Source: Psilocybe cubensis (taxonomy: Eukaryota). Taken from it: a stretch of DNA of 64,000 nucleotides. The notes beneath the pieces are model-generated. The model was not told where the DNA came from and ran no database searches. It was given only the letters and a program-made list of their open reading frames with translations. The translations under genes and the position numbers were made by a program. The DNA lies in the NCBI GenBank assembly GCA_017499595.2, contig CM039000.1, positions 992,001 through 1,056,000 of the forward strand, read 5' to 3'. Of this stretch, positions 51,976 through 64,000 are shown one piece after another (positions within the stretch are counted from its first letter, which is position 1; the number at the start of each line of letters is the position of its first letter).

Positions 51976-54900
51976 TTAGAAGTGCCCTTGTCGGAACGGA
52001 TTACGAGAAGAGGTTCCAGTCATCATTGGCTGGAGAACAACTGTGTCGACAGAAGGGTAAGGGTCTTGCTGCTGTTGCTGAGGTGTACCAGTAGGAAGAG
52101 GCGCCACTGGTGTGAGCCAATATGATCCAGGAGTCATGTTCGAGCCCGGACCCAAGTGGATTGGAATAGGCATGACGCTGCCACCCCCACCAGTCATGGC
52201 AGGTCCCAGGACCGGTGGCGAAAGATTTGTTCCGAGGGCAGGTCGATTAGCCATTGCATATGCTTGGGCTTCCGTCACGGGCATCCCGAGGTTATACAGC
52301 AGGTTATGATTAGACGACGAAGCACCGGTGTTGGTCGAGGATAAGGGCACAGTCATCTGCAATGGAAAAGCGGGTGTACTCCGTTCTTCTCCGATGTCCA
52401 CTAACACGCCTTCCTTGGTACTAACTTCCCGTCTATTCGCGTACGTGTCAACGGTATTATTGGATAGCCTGGAAAGACCGGAGACGTCCCTCTTCAACGG
52501 TTGCCGGGGTTCTGGTGTGTTCCTCCGCACGCCCGTAACCTCGGCGTACAATGAATCATGCTCGATACGCCTCTCTCTGCTCCGCTGCCGATATTGGTGG
52601 CGATCATCAAGACCAGGCAAAGATGACGGCGAGTAACTTGATCTAGAACGCGTCGAATACGCGTACGCGTCAAGGAGACTGTCCGAATCGTTCGAATCGC
52701 GCTTCTTCTTCGATTGCTCGTTCTGAACCGGAGGGGCAGGTTTCCGCGTCACCAGGATCGGCTTCAGCTTGATATCCTGACGATAACTGGCAAGACTCTG
52801 AGGTCTCGAGTTCGCGAGGTGGCGATCATGGTGGTTATACGCAACAGGCAACATATCCGCGTCGCGTTGGGCGCCTCTCATCTTATGCAGCCTATCCCGA
52901 TGCCCAAAGAACCTCTCTCCAAAGCGCACCAGCCGGTCCCTCCACCGCCCAGGCCTATCAATTTTCTTCGCAGCCGCAAACATCGCCGTCCTCTTCGCCC
53001 TCTGCTTCTTCGCCCTCCGCCTCCACAGCATAACAATAACCACAAAAATAAACGCGCACCCGAGCGCCATGAGCAGGATTTGCCACCACGCCAGCGGCCG
53101 GCGCGTGTTGATCACAGTTGGGTCGCCGAGCCCCGAGATCGACGGCAAAGGGGGCGCGTTGGGGTCCGTCCTGCTGGGCGCCTGCACGAGTTCCGAAAGG
53201 CACACGCCGAGCCCAGGTACGACGTTCGACGCGCCGTTGCAGTTTGCAGACACGCATGAGCCGCCGCGGAGCACCTGCGTCGTGCTCGCGCACGCGAGAC
53301 AGTTTGAAGGGCCCGCGCCGGAGCAGCTCGAACAGCTCGAGTCGCAGGCCTGGCACGATGACGTTGTGGGGTCGAAGAACTGCGCCTTTGCGCATGTGGG
53401 GAGACAGCGTCCGTTGGTGAGCACGGGGCGATCCGGTGGGCAGGTCGAGCATTGGTTGAAGGAGGGTCCGGAGCATGATGCGCAGTCTGGGTGGCACTTG
53501 ATGCAGGAGCCAGAGGAGGCGAATGTATTGGAGGGGCAGGTGGATACGCATTGCCCGGATGAGGCTAATTGCCCGGGCTTACAGGTTAGGCAGAAATCTG
53601 CCGCACCCACACAAGTACCGCATGTGGAAGAACAGGCTATATTAAGGCATAAGTTTAAATTGTGTTGGACAGATGCCTAAATATGAACATACCGGTACAG
53701 GTAAGATTGTCCTGTGGCGAGACAAATGAACCTGTGGGGCAACTTGCGACGCATTTCCCTTCAGAAAGAACGAATCCAGGCAAGCAGTCGGTACATTGCG
53801 CCTGATCGAACGTGGACGCGAGTGTGAAGTTGGGAATTCTACAAGAGGTACACTTGGCTCCACAAGCTTGAGAAAAACAAACATGAAGAAGACTTCGAAA
53901 CACTGATTAAACACCGACTTACTATCGCATTCCTTTTTGACATTATCGGCTACCATTCCGTTGCTACCCTGACAAACACCATTAGAATCGGTGCCAACGC
54001 AGTTGCCGTTGAGACGGAACTGTCCCGAGGCGCAAATTATGCAGTCATTCGATGAAGGTCCGCTGCACGTTTGACAGGACGGAGAACACAGAGAGCATGA
54101 TGCACCATTCACGAAACTGCCGTCAGGGCATACATTTCCGGCACTTGTTTTTGGAGTTAGAGGGCTGCATTTAGTACCGTCGTTTGCATCTTGAGTGAGG
54201 CCTTCATCACACGATATACATGTCCCAGTCGTATCAGCGCACGAAGTGCATCCAAGTTGACAAACTTGTAAATTACGTCAACCAATTAACCCTTCCCAAG
54301 AACCATTGACAAACATACCTTTGCAATCTCCGGTGGACGTGAGGAAAAATCCAGGTGCACATTTAGCACAAGCGGTGCCGTTAGTGTTTGCCACCCAGCC
54401 AGGGTTACACGTACACTGGCCGTTACTCCCGCACTGGCCATTTAAGCAACTGCATGTCGATGGTGCATTGGGTACAGCTGGGGTCAAACATCTGCCTGAT
54501 CCTGAGATACCCTGATCGCAGGATGTACATCCACTCGGACACGGCTGGCATGTTGGACCAAAGAACCCGTCCGCACAGCTTTCACACGAAGATCCGGTGA
54601 ATCCTGCTGGACATATACACGTCCCCGAGGCTGAACACACGCTAGAGCCCGAGCACGGCGGAGAGCACGCTGTCGATTGCAGGTCTACCAGGGATAATGA
54701 CTGTGAGGTTCCGGACGGAAGCTGGGATATATCTGGAACCGAGTCCCAGAGCACAACGCGATTGTCACTTGAGCTGCTGCTCACAATGGCCCAGACATTG
54801 TCTGCTAGAACGAGAGAATTTGCGGCGAGGGGTGTCGAGATATTGCCAAGGGGTGATGTTGGGAGGCTCGAGAAGGCGGCTTGTCCAGAATATTTTGACT

Positions 54901-55312
54901 GTGCATAGACGGCGATACCTGGTTCGAGATTGATGTTAAGTGGCAATGAAACCGTTGTGCTTGAGTTGAATCCTGCCGAATTTGATAGAGACGCAGATGG
55001 CGATGTTAATAGTGAATGAACAAGTTGAGGGTTCGTAGTAGAAGTGTATTGTCCCGGTAGTAGAAGGACTGAGCCTGCTGTACCTGAAAGCTTGACACCA
55101 ACTGCACACAATCAGCAAGGTGATTATGCACAAGCGATAAATCACATACAAGTGGTATTGGAGATACCCTGCAAGCATTGCCCAGCAACGCATACAACAG
55201 AAGATTGCGCGACTAAGGCACCGTCAGCAACACAGCCAAAAGGTCAATTCAAGCACTCACCAACAGACGCGCTTAGAGAAACAAAATAAAGGAAAATGAA
55301 CAAACTATCCAT
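51976..55312 (-). CDS. Type I membrane protein with EGF-like and furin-like (CxxC) Cys-rich repeats
   Basis: Signal peptide, CICPAGFTGSSC, repeated CxxCxxxCxxCxGP..xxCxxC units, TM WWQILLMALGCAFIFVVIVMLW followed by RRRAKK, long tail ending RNPFRQGHF. Confidence 0.85.
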
Positions 55313-55905
55313 CGCGCTGAGAGGTGATGGTGGATGCAGAAGCAGACCAGTGTAGTCCAGCGTTTAACATGGTTCCGAATTCCTTGTAACTATAGTATTT
55401 CCGAAGGACAATGGCTAGTGTCAATTCAAGAACAATTGTCCACGCGAGAACAATACAATGGCATTACATTACGTAATACAAGGCAAACAAATTTGGTAAT
55501 GCCGCCCGTCGTCCTTTGTACTTTTCCCACTTTCCCCGACTGAGTGTTTGTGGATCTGGAATGGAAGTCCGGCTCATAATGTTGTGCTGGAGAACGTCGC
55601 CGACTCACTGGACGAATCACCCGCCTTTTACAAGCCTCAATTGTTCTTTAGGCTGATCAAAGCATTGATGTGATTTTCATCCACATCAACGAAGCCAAAA
55701 CGAAGGTAAGCTATTCTCCAAAGCACAGCGGAGATTTGAACGACGGAATACATCTAAGGGTAGTGCCTTGATAAATATAAGGCCTCGTACACATGAGGAG
55801 GTGGTAATAAAGTTACACCACGACTTCAAGCTCTTCCAGTGAGTCAGTGTTCAAGCAAAAATTGTCAAGTTGAACTAGGCTATAGACGAATGCCTCCCCG
55901 ACGCT

Positions 55906-57397
55906 TTATACAACGATGCATTTGCACCACGCCACACTTTCCTTCATGTCCTGATTTTCTTCCAACTTATCTTCTTGTTGCTCGGCTACTGTCGCTTCCA
56001 TCGCAGAATCCCTAGGTTCTCCTTCACCCACCGAAACACCCGTTTCGGGACGATCATCTTTGAATTTTCCCTCTGGTAGTTTGGTGAGCATCCACCATCC
56101 CGCAACGGGCTTGACTGTATCCTTCATGCCTCCATCAACGCTCTGGAGAATGCGCGTCCCCACGTGGCCAGCAACCATCATGCATCTGTACTCTGTGTCG
56201 TCGTCTTCTAAGAGGACATCGACTTCCGAGTAACCTGAGGGTACGTCCTGGGTATCTATTTGATGATAATATACCCCGTCGAGCTGTAGATGGTTTTTTT
56301 CAGATTGACTGTCACCTTCAATCTCATCCTCTTCTCCCCCTTCCTCTTCTGAAAGCGTTACAGGAGCAATATCGATATATTTTGAAAAAAAATCCGTGCT
56401 CGATAGTGACCGTGCGTTTGGAGACTCTGTCGCATTCTAAGTGATATGGTTGCATAAAAATTTTACTAATATTTTTAGATGATTGGCTCACACGAACCTC
56501 TGTAAAAGGATGTCCCAGCCACTTTCCTTTATCATCAAAGACACAGAACGCTGTGATCCAACCTCCCAAGTAGCTCGGCCCACTTCCACCACCTTCGTAA
56601 TGGGCCACTTTCTGCCAGAAATCGAGATTCTGTTCATTCTCTGGTTCATCAAATGATCTCACAAAGCGATCGATAATTGGGAAAAGCAGATGGTACCATG
56701 CAATCGTTGGTAAACCGTACTCTTTGAGCTTCTCTAACCTCGCAAAGATTTTCTCCCAGTCATCCTTTTCCCCGTCGAGAGTGACCCGCGGAATCCCGCA
56801 TAAGAGATGAATTTTGTAAGAGAAATACTCTTTCATTGCCGCCATCATGACAATGGAGCATACTGTCGTATCGTTTGCGGTGGTAGTGCTAAAATCCGGC
56901 AAAATCCAAGCACGGAGATGGGGGTCTACCACGTTTTTCTCGATTTCCTTCGTCATCTGGTTTGCTACGTGCCCATAGTCGACCTTTCTACGGTCGGCTG
57001 TAATGGTGAGTTCCTTCTGTCCTTTATGGCGCACAAATTGAGAACGTATATTCTCTGCATTGGCATTTAGGAAGGAGCTAAACTGGGTCAGGATTGCCAA
57101 CCATACGTCGTCAGGGCGTATAACCAAAGCACGGTGGTTATTATAAGCCTCGGTGACGGTGTTAACGAAGCCATTGCTTTGCGGTATGATGTGTATGTCA
57201 TCTGTTTTTGAGTCTTCATGAAGATTGTCGAATGAAGATTGGAGGATTTCGTCAGATTGCCTGTATTGATTGTAGCATGCGTCCTTCAGGATGATTCGGG
57301 GAGATATACCACCATCAGCCTTTCTAGAATGCCAGGACAAGTATTCGGGTTCAAAGGCCTTGAGAGGATGACTCGCTGGGGAGAATGTCACCGGCAT
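55906..57397 (-). CDS. DUF4419-like protein
   Basis: MPVTF, NGFV...AYNNHRALVIRPDDVWLAILTQF, WILPDFSTTT, CGIPRVTLDG..DW, GGSGPSYLGGWITAF, VKPVAGWWM. Confidence 0.8.
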
Positions 57398-57888
57398 GAT
57401 GATACAGAGCGAAAAGGAGGGAAAGATGGTTCAATGCCACTCTCTGGTGTGAAACAAATTACAGTGGAAACATGAGCCCCACACGAGGTTGTCGCTCATG
57501 ACTTCTGCCTTTACTCAAATCTTCTATTGATTGTGGTCTAATCCTAGATAGGGCACCTCGCTCCCAGAAGCTACATATTTAAGGCAATAGAATGACATCA
57601 CGCAATAACCAGTCTTTAAGGTTCGCGATTATGTTGTCGATATCATCTACTTTGGAAATACTTAATGGGAGGTTCATGTCCTAACGCTTCTTCGATTCGT
57701 TCAATGACCCCAATTTTAGACTTTTACGATCGGACTGTATGGATAGTATTACTGTAATTGTCCCATAGCTACTAAGTTGCCGAATCTTATGTATAAAATC
57801 CCTCGTGCGATGATAAACTCAAGTGGGAGTAACAATAGGTTCAGTCTGACAAAAAATGGTATAAAATGACTGCTGTTATTGCAACAAA

Positions 57889-59634
57889 CTATTGTAATAT
57901 GGTGACTGACATGTCAGTTGAAAAGGCAAAAGCGTCTAAAATCAGTACTGTCCCCCTATTCACCAATCGGTCGGATAATTTCTCGCATTCCAAAGCTAAT
58001 AAAGCGGTATTCCTCATATATTTCTCATCTCCTGGATCTGGGAATAACGCGTGGTGTGTACACACCCCTAGCTCCACCAATTCAACTTCTTTATCATACA
58101 CCACTTCTTTGTTGAAATAATCATCATCACTGAGCCTCGACTCGCCAGATACTACGACTGGGCGAATGTTCTCATCAGGGATATCAGAGAGGGGGATATT
58201 GGCATAGGCAGGATCATCGAACAAGCTAGCACAAAACATGACCATTAACCGTGATTCCTGGCTTCCCAACATGGCGCGTACAGTGCCGGTACTTCTGGAC
58301 TGGCTCCTCGAAGGATCCTTCCATAGTCTAAATCTCTCTTTCCGCGAGGTTATGGTTGTCCCAATCTCCCTTGTATATCTGGCAGAATTTGTAACCTCCA
58401 TGCGCTCGATTCCAAGAACTGGCTGAGATCCAATGACTCTTGGGAGAGCCGAATCATTGTTCTTTGCATCGAGCAAGCACCCCCAGTCCGTACCCAGAAC
58501 AATAGCCAGGATGTCCGGCTTCATCCCCTCGAACACCGCCATTTTAGCTTCATCGAATCCAATATTATACCGTACTTTAAAGTCTGCCATCTCCAAGATT
58601 CCAAGGACAGAATACATCATATCCTCAGGGTACATTGATTTACGCCCTCCAAGGATCGTCAGAGCTGTCGATATGAGCTTTGTCCGGGAAGGATTTTGCT
58701 TCATGCTGTAGATAATCTTACTCAACGTGCTGCGCCCAATCACAAGGTTCATGTCGGGACCAAACATCTCGTTGGTCAGATACGATGATACCGTGAGTTC
58801 TGGTCCCATCCATGTGTCTTCGTCAAAGCAACACGTCATCTTACCGTCTCTCGTCTCCAAAACGAATGTATTATCGTGGATAGAGGACCTGTATCGAACG
58901 AGAGTTGGAGTGCGAAGCTCTGTTATCGGGGATGGTAGGCGCGCTGAGTTTTGCTTCTTGAGCAGTTTGATGTCCCGCATGACATCTCCAGCAAAGCAGT
59001 AGCAATAAATGACGGTGTTGGACAGGACATACTCTTGTAGCGTCCAAGCTCGTGTTTCCCAGACTGGAAAATAAAGTTCCTTCGAGGACATGGCGACAAA
59101 GTTGGAACCGGTAGCATATGCATGTGTTTCAGAGGCCGCTGCGTATAATGAACCCATCTTCGGAACAAAGAAGGCCTTTTCTGCAGAAGAGTCTTGGTCT
59201 ATGCTGAGAACGTCGATCCAGAAGAGCGATTTAGATCGTGCGAGGACAAGAAAGCAAACTACCGTGAAGAACTGGTGAAAGGCCTTCATATCTTCCGACG
59301 CATCATTATCAGAGGGAGGTTGACTCGCTTTTTGGCTTGGGCCCAGAGAAAGGATCCACTTTCTCCACAAAAGCATGTTTTTCGACCAGGTATAAGATAT
59401 CGCTACGAAGTCAAGGCTTTGCAGATTTTCTACCTGAACAAACTTCAAAGCCCCTTGATGTATAAACGCATTGGCGTCGACAAACTTCCATTTGAAGCTG
59501 GGCTCGTCGGGACGATGAATAGGAGTGATGTTGCTCTTTACGATGTCTGTCGCAGGTGATTTCCCTCTTTCAAGATGCTTTTCCGATGATTTTTTGCCAC
59601 TCCTCAATCCAAGACAGTGAAAGCATGCGTCCAT
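57889..59634 (-). CDS. HET-domain (heterokaryon incompatibility-type) protein, single exon
   Basis: 581-aa uninterrupted ORF; FVAISYTW, FWIDVLSIDQ, MGSLYAAA, WETRAWTLQE, R.S.YPED..YSVLGI. Confidence 0.85.
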   Translation of the reverse strand: MDACFHCLGLRSGKKSSEKHLERGKSPATDIVKSNITPIHRPDEPSFKWKFVDANAFIHQGALKFVQVENLQSLDFVAISYTWSKNMLLWRKWILSLGPSQKASQPPSDNDASEDMKAFHQFFTVVCFLVLARSKSLFWIDVLSIDQDSSAEKAFFVPKMGSLYAAASETHAYATGSNFVAMSSKELYFPVWETRAWTLQEYVLSNTVIYCYCFAGDVMRDIKLLKKQNSARLPSPITELRTPTLVRYRSSIHDNTFVLETRDGKMTCCFDEDTWMGPELTVSSYLTNEMFGPDMNLVIGRSTLSKIIYSMKQNPSRTKLISTALTILGGRKSMYPEDMMYSVLGILEMADFKVRYNIGFDEAKMAVFEGMKPDILAIVLGTDWGCLLDAKNNDSALPRVIGSQPVLGIERMEVTNSARYTREIGTTITSRKERFRLWKDPSRSQSRSTGTVRAMLGSQESRLMVMFCASLFDDPAYANIPLSDIPDENIRPVVVSGESRLSDDDYFNKEVVYDKEVELVELGVCTHHALFPDPGDEKYMRNTALLALECEKLSDRLVNRGTVLILDAFAFSTDMSVTILQ

Positions 59635-60073
59635 ATCGTGAGCGTATACAGTGTTTTTCTGGTCTTGAAATTTTTATTTGTCCTATGCATCGATTAACAT
59701 ATTGAAATGAGAGTCAAGTAGAAGAACTCGCCGCACACAACGTGAAAAGTAATGATATGGCGATTTGGGCCAATACTTTCCAGTACTTAGCAAGGATGAG
59801 ACCAAATGAGGGTCCAAAGGGAAACCGAGGTGATCCTTAGAATTACCACTAACCCAACTTAAGTCATCCTGAACATGCCGCAAAAACGTGTGGAGCTCAT
59901 ACAGGCTGTTATCACAGTGGGGCAATCCAACAATAGCGAATTCGAGAAGTTCCACCTAAGCAATGGGCAGGTCACAGGGCATTTTGAGGCATAAGGGCAA
60001 ATGACATATAGCCCAGTCGTCGTTGTTGGTTGTCGCCAGCCAAATGTGCTATTTCTAAATCAAGTTGTAATAT

Positions 60074-60270
60074 TAGCCGCATACTTCGTCTGAGTGTCTT
60101 GACTCCACAATTTCATGGTTCATAAACTCCTCGTCCTTGTTGGCAATGATGAAATTCAGAATTGCTCGCTGGAATGCTTCATGGATGAAATCCACTTGCC
60201 TCAACCGCGTCTGCTAAAATCCGAACGAGTTTGAAAACAGGAGAGATTTTGGAGTGGATGATCTTCATGA
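60074..60270 (-). pseudogene. Decayed C-terminal fragment of a FunK1 kinase paralog
   Basis: Minus strand IIHSKISPVFKLVRILA, then after a frame change QVDFIHEAFQRAILNFIIANKDEEFMNHEI; matches NIHSKLLPVLELVKTLA...QPDYLHEVFQRAILDFILTNKNEEFMNLEI of the gene at 25409-27881. Confidence 0.8.
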
Positions 60271-60615
60271 CAGAATGACCCTTTACCTGTTTGTGGGCCT
60301 CTCGGAGTGAGATCGTGCTCGAAAACGGCTGGGGAGACTAGAGTCAACGTTCAACTGACCTGATTTTCTGGTCCCGAACCAATATCTTGGGTTAAAGTTT
60401 GTACGGACAAACATCAATCGGAACACAACCGGATCGTGCGGACAAGGATCGGACTGCGAAAATCAAGGTTTCGGAGCTCGAAATAGCTGAATCAGAAATA
60501 GTAGCCTAGCTGATTCTTTCCACATCATCTGAGCTTGTGTCTTCCTGAAGATTCACCGCGTTCCACCGACCAACTCATTTGTTACAAATATTCTACAGAT
60601 CATTTCAACATCCTT

Positions 60616-60912
60616 ATCTTTCCTGTTTCAAAACGTGTTCTCAGGAATAGACAGCGTAATCCGCTCGTTTGCTGGAGCATTGCTTTTTTTTTCTTTTCTG
60701 CGACTTCCATTCTACAAGAACGACATTCCTTCAATCCTTGGTTCTCAAATTTTTTGTCTTTTGATTGACGCGAGATCCCGTACCCATCTTTCCTGTTTCA
60801 AATTGTGTGTGTTGCGAATCTACTGCGCGCTTGTGTCCTTTCCTTTTTCGTAATTTCCATTCTACAAGAACAACGTTACTTGGTTCTCAAATTGCTTGCC
60901 TTTGATTGACGC
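60616..60912. repeat. Diverged two-copy tandem duplication (units start at 60616 and 60786)
   Basis: Shared blocks in the same order: ATCTTTCCTGTTTCAAA, TTCCATTCTACAAGAAC, CTTGGTTCTCAAATT, TTTGATTGACGC. Confidence 0.85.
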
Positions 60913-61774
60913 CCGCCAGTCAATAGATGAAGCAAACGACGAGAAAGATTTTGTTTTCCAGAAGAATGTATTGCGTTGATGGTTATGCCGACTAGTCACT
61001 AGTCAATCCCCATGCCTCATGTTTGATGATCAAGCCTCAAGCTTGCGTCTACACCTTCATCTTGAACAACGTGGGTTTGACAATTTCCATGTTCAAACTC
61101 CACATGGAGTATCGGAAGCAAAGATGGATCCTCTCAAATTCTTTACTGAACTTTAGCCTACTGCGCACAGAATGGACTTCTAGATCCCTTTTCCCTACAG
61201 TCAAGCCACATTCTGTTGCAATTCGTGCGCTGCAGTCAAGATGTACAATTTTGTATCACAATTTGCCAAAAAACTTCTTTGGCTGTATGTATACATATCC
61301 CTGCCGTAGAAGTACTCGGTTGGGGAAAATCGGAAATTAAACAGCTCCGCTATTCACCCACCTTTTATGTTACTGCCAACTGCCAACTGTTGATGCCCCA
61401 GGGACCGCTTACAATCTTAAATTTTTCATGCACAGGTCGACACAGGTTGTGGTTGACCCCTGTTCTATTAGTATTAGTGGTTGTGTTGATGTTGCCTTCC
61501 TTCCGGGGCAGTGATGTAGTTGCCCAGCAATCACGATTAGATTTGGCATCTATTCTTGAATATCTTGCATTTACCCTCCACGAGGCCTTACCTACTCTTC
61601 CCATTGACTCACTCAGACTACTTAGCGCCCCCGAAAGCGCGGAAGGACGATATAATCATACTGACGACCATACTATCGATTCATACTACCCACTAGCGCC
61701 TTCAAAATACTGGGAGGCTCCCTGGTCATCTTCACTTCCACCATCAGAGCTTCGTAGAAAGAAACACAGAAATC

Positions 61775-62758
61775 ATGGCCTCAGTTGGAAAATGGGCCCC
61801 GGGCGCTTCATGTACGTGTTAATCTGTCTGTATCCGCGGAGCAAATGACGCTGAACGCGACACTCGTCTATCTGCACTGTACAGACGGCCCCGTTCTCAG
61901 CCAAACGGATCTCTATCTCCTCAACAGCGGTCAAAACACCGAGCTGGAGCTGAACCCTATCATCGAGGGAAAGCTCGACAAAGTCCCTCTTCAATTCAAC
62001 TTGATTTCCGGTGAGTAGCTCCTACGCTCACTTCGTCTGATAGAACAAGGTACTGATCTCGATACGTGGACTTGAATTGAAAAGGCTACAGCGGTTCGAT
62101 GGTCACCAACCCGAATGGAGAGGCTGTCATGCAAGGCCGAGACGAGCCCGCTACACTACCGCGCGTATCCCAGCTCATCGTTATCTCGCGACACTCCCCT
62201 TGGTGCACGATAGTGAAAAAGGAGACGGGGGTGACAATCGGCGATCTGTGTTCGGCTCTGTTCAAAGAGTGCGTACTCATCCGCTTTGCCCTCTGCCCTG
62301 TCTCTGCTTCCGTTGAGCTTCCGTATTGACACATGCATACCATATGATTGGGTATTAGGTACACAGAGAACTATGTCACCGATGCTGAGCTCTCTACTGT
62401 CCCAGCGAGAGTGCAAGACCACATGAAGCGCACAGCAGCCAACAACTTCGTATCCGCACAGTCCAACCAGGTTCCCGCGGGCTGGGGATACAGCTACCCG
62501 CCAGCCAACCTCCCCGACAAAATCAGGCGTGTAGGTGCGTGACCATTTTTTTCGAATTCGCATCGCGCGCGATTTATCGTGCAGGCATGCGTATGTTTGG
62601 CATGGATGACTGATTGATGATATCCTGGTGCTTTCATTACTGTAGATTGGCTGCGCGAGCGAGTTTATGTGGATCGATTTGATAGGGACGATGGTTACGC
62701 GCGATCGCGGCTTGGGTTTAAAGCACCTAACGTCCTCGTCATGGATCTAACTGGTTGA
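61775..62758 (+). CDS. Conserved Agaricomycete hypothetical protein, DUF6699-like, 5 exons
   Basis: Spliced MASVGKWAPGAS|YGPVLSQTDLYLL..., EPATLPRV, SPWCTIV...GVTIGD, IRRV|DWLRE, RLGFKAPNV. Confidence 0.7.
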
Positions 62759-63571
62759 ATTCATCTATGTCGCCATATTCGTTATATATCTTTCTTTGGT
62801 CTTCGTGGATACCTCTCACAGCGCATACCTCCCGGTACCCCATCTTCTTTTTTTTCTTCCTCGCTTGCCACTGTAATTACCATTTCTTGTATACATATTG
62901 TTGTCTCGATATCAAAATTGCGGAATGTAAAATAAAAGAAAAAAAATGTTATTGAATCTGAAAGGGGATTGAAAATGGATGCATCGGGTCATAGGCTATG
63001 TAAGCAAAGCTTTTGGGAGAAAATGTCAGATATCGATAAAGTATGATAATCTGAAGCGGGGGTCATAAAGTTTGCATGAGAAGTGAGAGAAAATGAAATG
63101 ACGAGGAAGTCTTTAGGTATACATACGTCGTATGGCATAAGATATGAACCCAAAAGCAGAAAAAACGAAAAATAGAAAACGAGAAAGAAAACCTGACAAC
63201 ACATTTAAAGAGACAGAAAAGAAGATAAAAGGAAACGATGAACTGAGAGAAGAAAAGCAAGAAGTGGAAGTGAGATGGAGAACGGAAAAAATGGGAATGG
63301 TGGTTACAGTCACTGAAACGTGATAGTAGGATACAATACAGGGAGACGATATCTGTGCTGAGAGTACAGTGCGATAACAGTGCGAGTTGGGAGGGAATAT
63401 TGAGGAGGGATATGCAAGTGGCCTACAGTCCGTGGAGATCAAGGCTGAAAATGTTGCGATAGAAGAGCCGGAGTAGGATGCTGTTGCGAAGATAGAAGGG
63501 GAAAAACATAAACACGTAAAAATGAAAAAGGTGCAAAGGAGAAATGATCAAGGGCGGAGGGCAGAGGAGGA

Positions 63572-64000
63572 TCAACGATCATAGTCCGCAGAGTCGGTAT
63601 CAGAGCCACCCGTCGAGCTGGGCGATTCCACAGTGATACGTGCGTTCACCGAGCCAGCTCTAGATCGATGACCGTGCGAGCTCGCCGACTTCTGACGCGC
63701 CTCCTGGTCCCTCCGTTCCTTCTCCGTCATCGGGTACGAGGGCGACGTGCGCATCACCACGAAGCACGGGAGCGCCATGCCATGCATCCGCCGCACCACC
63801 CGGTCGTTCAGCTCGATCCCAGCGAACATCGTGCTCCGCCCGAGATAGTCTAGGCGCTTCATTCCCGCCCCCAGCTTGCCCCCCGGCACGTCCTGGTGGC
63901 GCTGCCTGTTGTACTCGTATGCGAACTTAAGGTCGCGTTTGGCCTGTGAAGATAGAAGCCTGTAGTCGGCTTCGGAAGCGAGGCGTCCGAGGCTGCGGCC
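63572..64000 (-). CDS. 3' part of a DUF6699-like protein (runs off window)
   Basis: GMKRLDYLGRSTMFAGI motif; stop at 63572. Confidence 0.6.
   Translation of the reverse strand, partial: GRSLGRLASEADYRLLSSQAKRDLKFAYEYNRQRHQDVPGGKLGAGMKRLDYLGRSTMFAGIELNDRVVRRMHGMALPCFVVMRTSPSYPMTEKERRDQEARQKSASSHGHRSRAGSVNARITVESPSSTGGSDTDSADYDR

Noticed and set aside
61216-61848. 210-aa ORF upstream of the DUF6699-like gene
   Set aside because: Non-ATG start, no motifs, and it overlaps the better-supported start at 61775 in another frame.

Overview
Intron-rich fungal genomic DNA, almost certainly an Agaricomycete/mushroom (short GT-AG introns with CTRAY branch sites, eEF3, FunK1-type and AgaK1-type kinases). 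Conserved genes in order: V-ATPase subunit a, eEF3, Argonaute, LACTB2-like metallo-beta-lactamase, CWC22, MFS transporter, CCDC124/Lso2-like protein, calcipressin, carboxypeptidase Y, HMG-box TF, PP2C and a Cys-rich membrane protein. Accessory genes are interspersed: four N-terminally membrane-anchored atypical kinases, a FunK1 kinase plus a decayed fragment, a DUF4419-like gene, an intronless HET gene and two DUF6699-like genes. The most notable signals lie outside the ORF track. (1) Two paralogous snR56/U25-type box C/D snoRNAs each sit in their own 3'-UTR intron of calcipressin. (2) A 592-bp TA-flanked MITE lies in intron 1 of a DEDD-type Argonaute that also needs 3-, 6- and 8-nt microexons. 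(3) Several long introns fold into nested stems, one of them splitting the catalytic Asp codon of carboxypeptidase Y. (4) An inverted pair of kinase paralogs brackets a 19-kb block. All gene models were spliced by eye and no database searches were run.
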